The notes under the pieces are model-generated. The model was not told where the DNA came from and did not search any database. It was given only the letters and a program-made list of their open reading frames with translations. A stretch of 32,000 nucleotides of DNA from Desulfocapsa sulfexigens DSM 10523 (lineage in GTDB: Bacteria > Desulfobacterota > Desulfobulbia > Desulfobulbales > Desulfocapsaceae): NCBI RefSeq assembly GCF_000341395.1, contig NC_020304.1, forward strand, positions 1,200,001 to 1,232,000, written 5' to 3'. The first letter of the stretch is position 1. Each line of letters begins with the position of its first letter. Made by a program: the position numbers and the translations under genes. Below are positions 27,971-32,000 of the stretch, piece by piece.

Positions 27971-29053
27971 TCACCCCATTAATAAGTCATGGAAGGCTGG
28001 TCTGAATTCTTTAATTTTCCAGTTATACTTACCATAATGAACCCGGTTCGTTAAAAGAACCACAATACAATCTTTTTCAGGATCTATCCAAAATGATGTA
28101 CCGGTAAAACCAAGATGACCCACACTCTCCTTTGAAAAAAAGTTTCCACTGCTGGATCCTTTCTCCGATACTGTATCAAACCCCATTGTCCAATTAGAAT
28201 TTTCCACTTTCTTCAAAGTTTCTTTTAGTAAATCGTTTGAATAGGCTGGATGCTGGCATCTATTCTTCCATTGATCGAGAAGTTGCTCACACAGACCTAC
28301 AACCCCTCCAATTGTTCCAAAAAGGCCAGCATGACCTGCCTGCCCCCCTAAAACTCTACAATTATCGTCGTGTACCGTTCCAGAAAGCATTTCTTTGTCC
28401 CATAAACACTTTTCAGTACTCACATAGGCATAACCATCTTTTTTGTAGAAACCAGGAAAAGAAAGATCATTATGCAGCTCTATAGGCTTATATATTAAGT
28501 TATATGCTAACTCACCTATTTTTTTTCCGGTCACATTTTCAATAATAAAACCAAGGAGCATATAACCCAAATCACTGTAACAATATCTGGTTCCATTTTT
28601 ATATTCCATATTTTCATCTAATATTCTCTTTACAAGATTTTTTTTTCTTATCTTTTTCGGAATAATAAGCAGTTCTTTATAGTAGTCTCTGTGCGCCGCA
28701 AAACCTGCACAATGTGACATGAGTTGTTTTATAGTAATATTTTTTTTATCTGTTGGGCAATTTTGAAAAAGAGTTTGAAGTTGCGTTTCAGAATTCAATA
28801 AACCCTTTTCGAACAAAGCGAGTAGTATGAGTACTGTTGCCAACGGTTTTGTGAGTGATGCAAGATCAAAAAAACTATTATTTTTTAGTTTTTCTTTAAA
28901 AGGTGTGAACTGCGCCAATCCATAATATTTTTCAAAACGTTCAAAGCCATTATCCACACGTTTTGAATAGGCCATTGCTGCTCCAGAAAAAACACTTTCA
29001 TTCAAGGCTCTTAAGAACAAATCATTGATTTTATCAATCCTTATTTTTTTCAT
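27971..29053 (-). CDS. Serine hydrolase, beta-lactamase class C family
   Basis: 'FFDLASLTKPLATVLILLALFEKG', 'YSDLGYMLLGFIIENVTGKKI', 'HLGFTGTSFWIDPEKDCIVVLLTNRVH'. Confidence 0.9.
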   Translation of the reverse strand: MKKIRIDKINDLFLRALNESVFSGAAMAYSKRVDNGFERFEKYYGLAQFTPFKEKLKNNSFFDLASLTKPLATVLILLALFEKGLLNSETQLQTLFQNCPTDKKNITIKQLMSHCAGFAAHRDYYKELLIIPKKIRKKNLVKRILDENMEYKNGTRYCYSDLGYMLLGFIIENVTGKKIGELAYNLIYKPIELHNDLSFPGFYKKDGYAYVSTEKCLWDKEMLSGTVHDDNCRVLGGQAGHAGLFGTIGGVVGLCEQLLDQWKNRCQHPAYSNDLLKETLKKVENSNWTMGFDTVSEKGSSSGNFFSKESVGHLGFTGTSFWIDPEKDCIVVLLTNRVHYGKYNWKIKEFRPAFHDLLMG

Positions 29054-29415
29054 ATAAATTTTCCTCTATTCCATCCTTATATGGAAACAAGCAAAATGGG
29101 TAAAAAATCTTGTTTTTTTACCCGCTTTGCACTAGAATTGGGCAGAGTAAAGTTTTTAAATATAGTATTGTTTTTACATATAAATATTTATTTATAATTT
29201 ACGTTTTCAACATTCTTTTAACACCCTTTGTTAAGAGTTTATTAACAACTCGGTTAATAAGCTGTTAAAAACGACAAATTAACAAATTTTCCGTTTTTTT
29301 TCACAACATACTTTTTATAAAATAAATCATTATTTTAATATGTTATGTTTTTTTTAAACATATTAACCTCCTTAATAATAATAATAAAAAGATTATTTAA
29401 TAAAGAGATACTCCT
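29054..29415. other. Very AT-rich divergent intergenic region, candidate replication-origin/promoter region
   Basis: Long A/T runs, (TAA)n tract near 29373-29386, relaxed DnaA-box match TTTTTCACA (29297-29305), exact TTATCCACA at 28950-28958 just inside the neighbouring gene, and divergent genes with dnaN. Confidence 0.35.
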
Positions 29416-30546
29416 ATGACACTTAATTGCACAGTATCACGATCCGATTTAATGGAAGGTCTGAACAGTCTTCAAAACATAACCAATAAGCGCGTAACCC
29501 TTGCCATACTCTCAAATATTCTTATTGCAGCAGAAGAAGATGGGATTGTGCTCACAGGAACTGACCTTGAGGTAGGATTACGTATAAAAATTCCTGCTGA
29601 AATTAATGGTCAAGGAATACTCACATTACCTAGTAGAAAAATTTTTGAAATTGTCCGGGAATCCGGATCAGAAAAAATAACTATCCAGGAAACAGAAAAT
29701 AGCTGGGTTGTTATATCAGCAGGATTAAGCACCTATAACCTTGCAGGTTTAGCAAGTGATGAATTTCCAGAATTTCCGAAATTCGATGAAAATAATTTTG
29801 TTTCCTTTGAGGCAGGCATATTTTCAGACCTTATTGATAAAGTTATATTTTCTGTAGCAAACGAAGAGGAGAATGCCTATTCCCTCACCAATGTCCTTTT
29901 TGAGAAAGAAAAAAAGGATGAACGATCTTATTTACGAATGATATCATCAGATGGCCATCGTCTTTCCATAATGGAAAAAGATGTGGTTGCTGATATAGAT
30001 CTTCTTACTATTCAGGAAGGAACATTAATTCCAAAAAAAGGTGTTCAGGAATTAAAAAAATTCTGTGATAGTCGTGATAGTGTTGAAATATCTTTTGAAA
30101 AAGAAAAACTTATAGCGAAAGATAATGAATCTGTAATGGTCATTCGTTTAAAACAGGGTGAATTTCCACAATACAGAGCAATTGTCAACGCAGTTCAACT
30201 TGAAAATAAAATAACCATAGAAAGAAGACCATTTCTTGATTCTCTGAAACGAATTAATCTCTTTACAGAAGATATATTTCATACAATTCAACTTGAAATT
30301 GAAAATGGCAAGATGATTTTGAGTTCGCAGAATGTAGATCTCGGAAACGCTAAAGACATACAGGATATTCAATACGATGGTGAACCTTTGCTTTTGGGCT
30401 TTAATTGTCGTTATTTTATAGAAACTCTTCAGGTTATGGAATGTGATAGTGTGGATGCATACATTAATTCTAATAATAGTCCCTGTCTTATGAAATCAGA
30501 CAGGGATGAAGGATTTTTAAGTATTATAATGCCCATGCAGTTATAG
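29416..30546 (+). CDS. dnaN: DNA polymerase III subunit beta (sliding clamp)
   Basis: 'LPSRKIFEIVRES...GHRLSIMEK...LIPKKGVQELKK...IIMPMQL' C-terminus typical of DnaN. Confidence 0.97.
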   Translation: MTLNCTVSRSDLMEGLNSLQNITNKRVTLAILSNILIAAEEDGIVLTGTDLEVGLRIKIPAEINGQGILTLPSRKIFEIVRESGSEKITIQETENSWVVISAGLSTYNLAGLASDEFPEFPKFDENNFVSFEAGIFSDLIDKVIFSVANEEENAYSLTNVLFEKEKKDERSYLRMISSDGHRLSIMEKDVVADIDLLTIQEGTLIPKKGVQELKKFCDSRDSVEISFEKEKLIAKDNESVMVIRLKQGEFPQYRAIVNAVQLENKITIERRPFLDSLKRINLFTEDIFHTIQLEIENGKMILSSQNVDLGNAKDIQDIQYDGEPLLLGFNCRYFIETLQVMECDSVDAYINSNNSPCLMKSDRDEGFLSIIMPMQL

Positions 30547-30605
30547 TTTATATATTTAAATTTTTATATAATTTACAAACAATTATCTATTCTTAGTGTA
30601 TTTGA

Positions 30606-32000
<1,395 letters not shown>

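Overview
This looks like a chromosomal segment from an anaerobic sulfur-metabolising bacterium, probably Desulfobacterota near Desulfobulbales/Desulfocapsaceae; the taxonomy is inferred from gene content. Housekeeping content: partial amidohydrolase, thioredoxin-like protein, rlmKL, RND efflux operon (TolC, adaptor, permease), amino-acid ABC transporter, Pal/OmpA lipoprotein, gatC-gatA-hisC-cmk, RR-HD phosphodiesterase, histone-deacetylase-like hydrolase, 5-FTHF cyclo-ligase, serine hydrolase, dnaN and partial gyrB. Four points stand out. (1) A small gene at 3602..3841 (-), missing from the ORF track, encodes a BFD/CopZ-like [2Fe-2S] protein in which an in-frame TGA replaces the first Cys of the family's 'NPxGxCC' motif. 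A bacterial SECIS-like hairpin follows the TGA, so this is a likely selenoprotein. (2) A divergent yedE / tusA-dsrE-hyp-hyp locus (25076..27851) matches the 'YTD' cluster associated with sulfur disproportionation, and includes an uncalled 57-aa ORF ending in CWW. (3) A LuxR/LuxI-type quorum-sensing pair (4412..6447) flanks a 79-aa orphan gene. Upstream of that gene are two palindromic operator-like sites that form an exact 17-nt inverted repeat. (4) A very AT-rich divergent region before dnaN is a possible replication origin, and dnaN-gyrB has no room for recF between the genes. Everything was read by eye; no database search or folding program was run.
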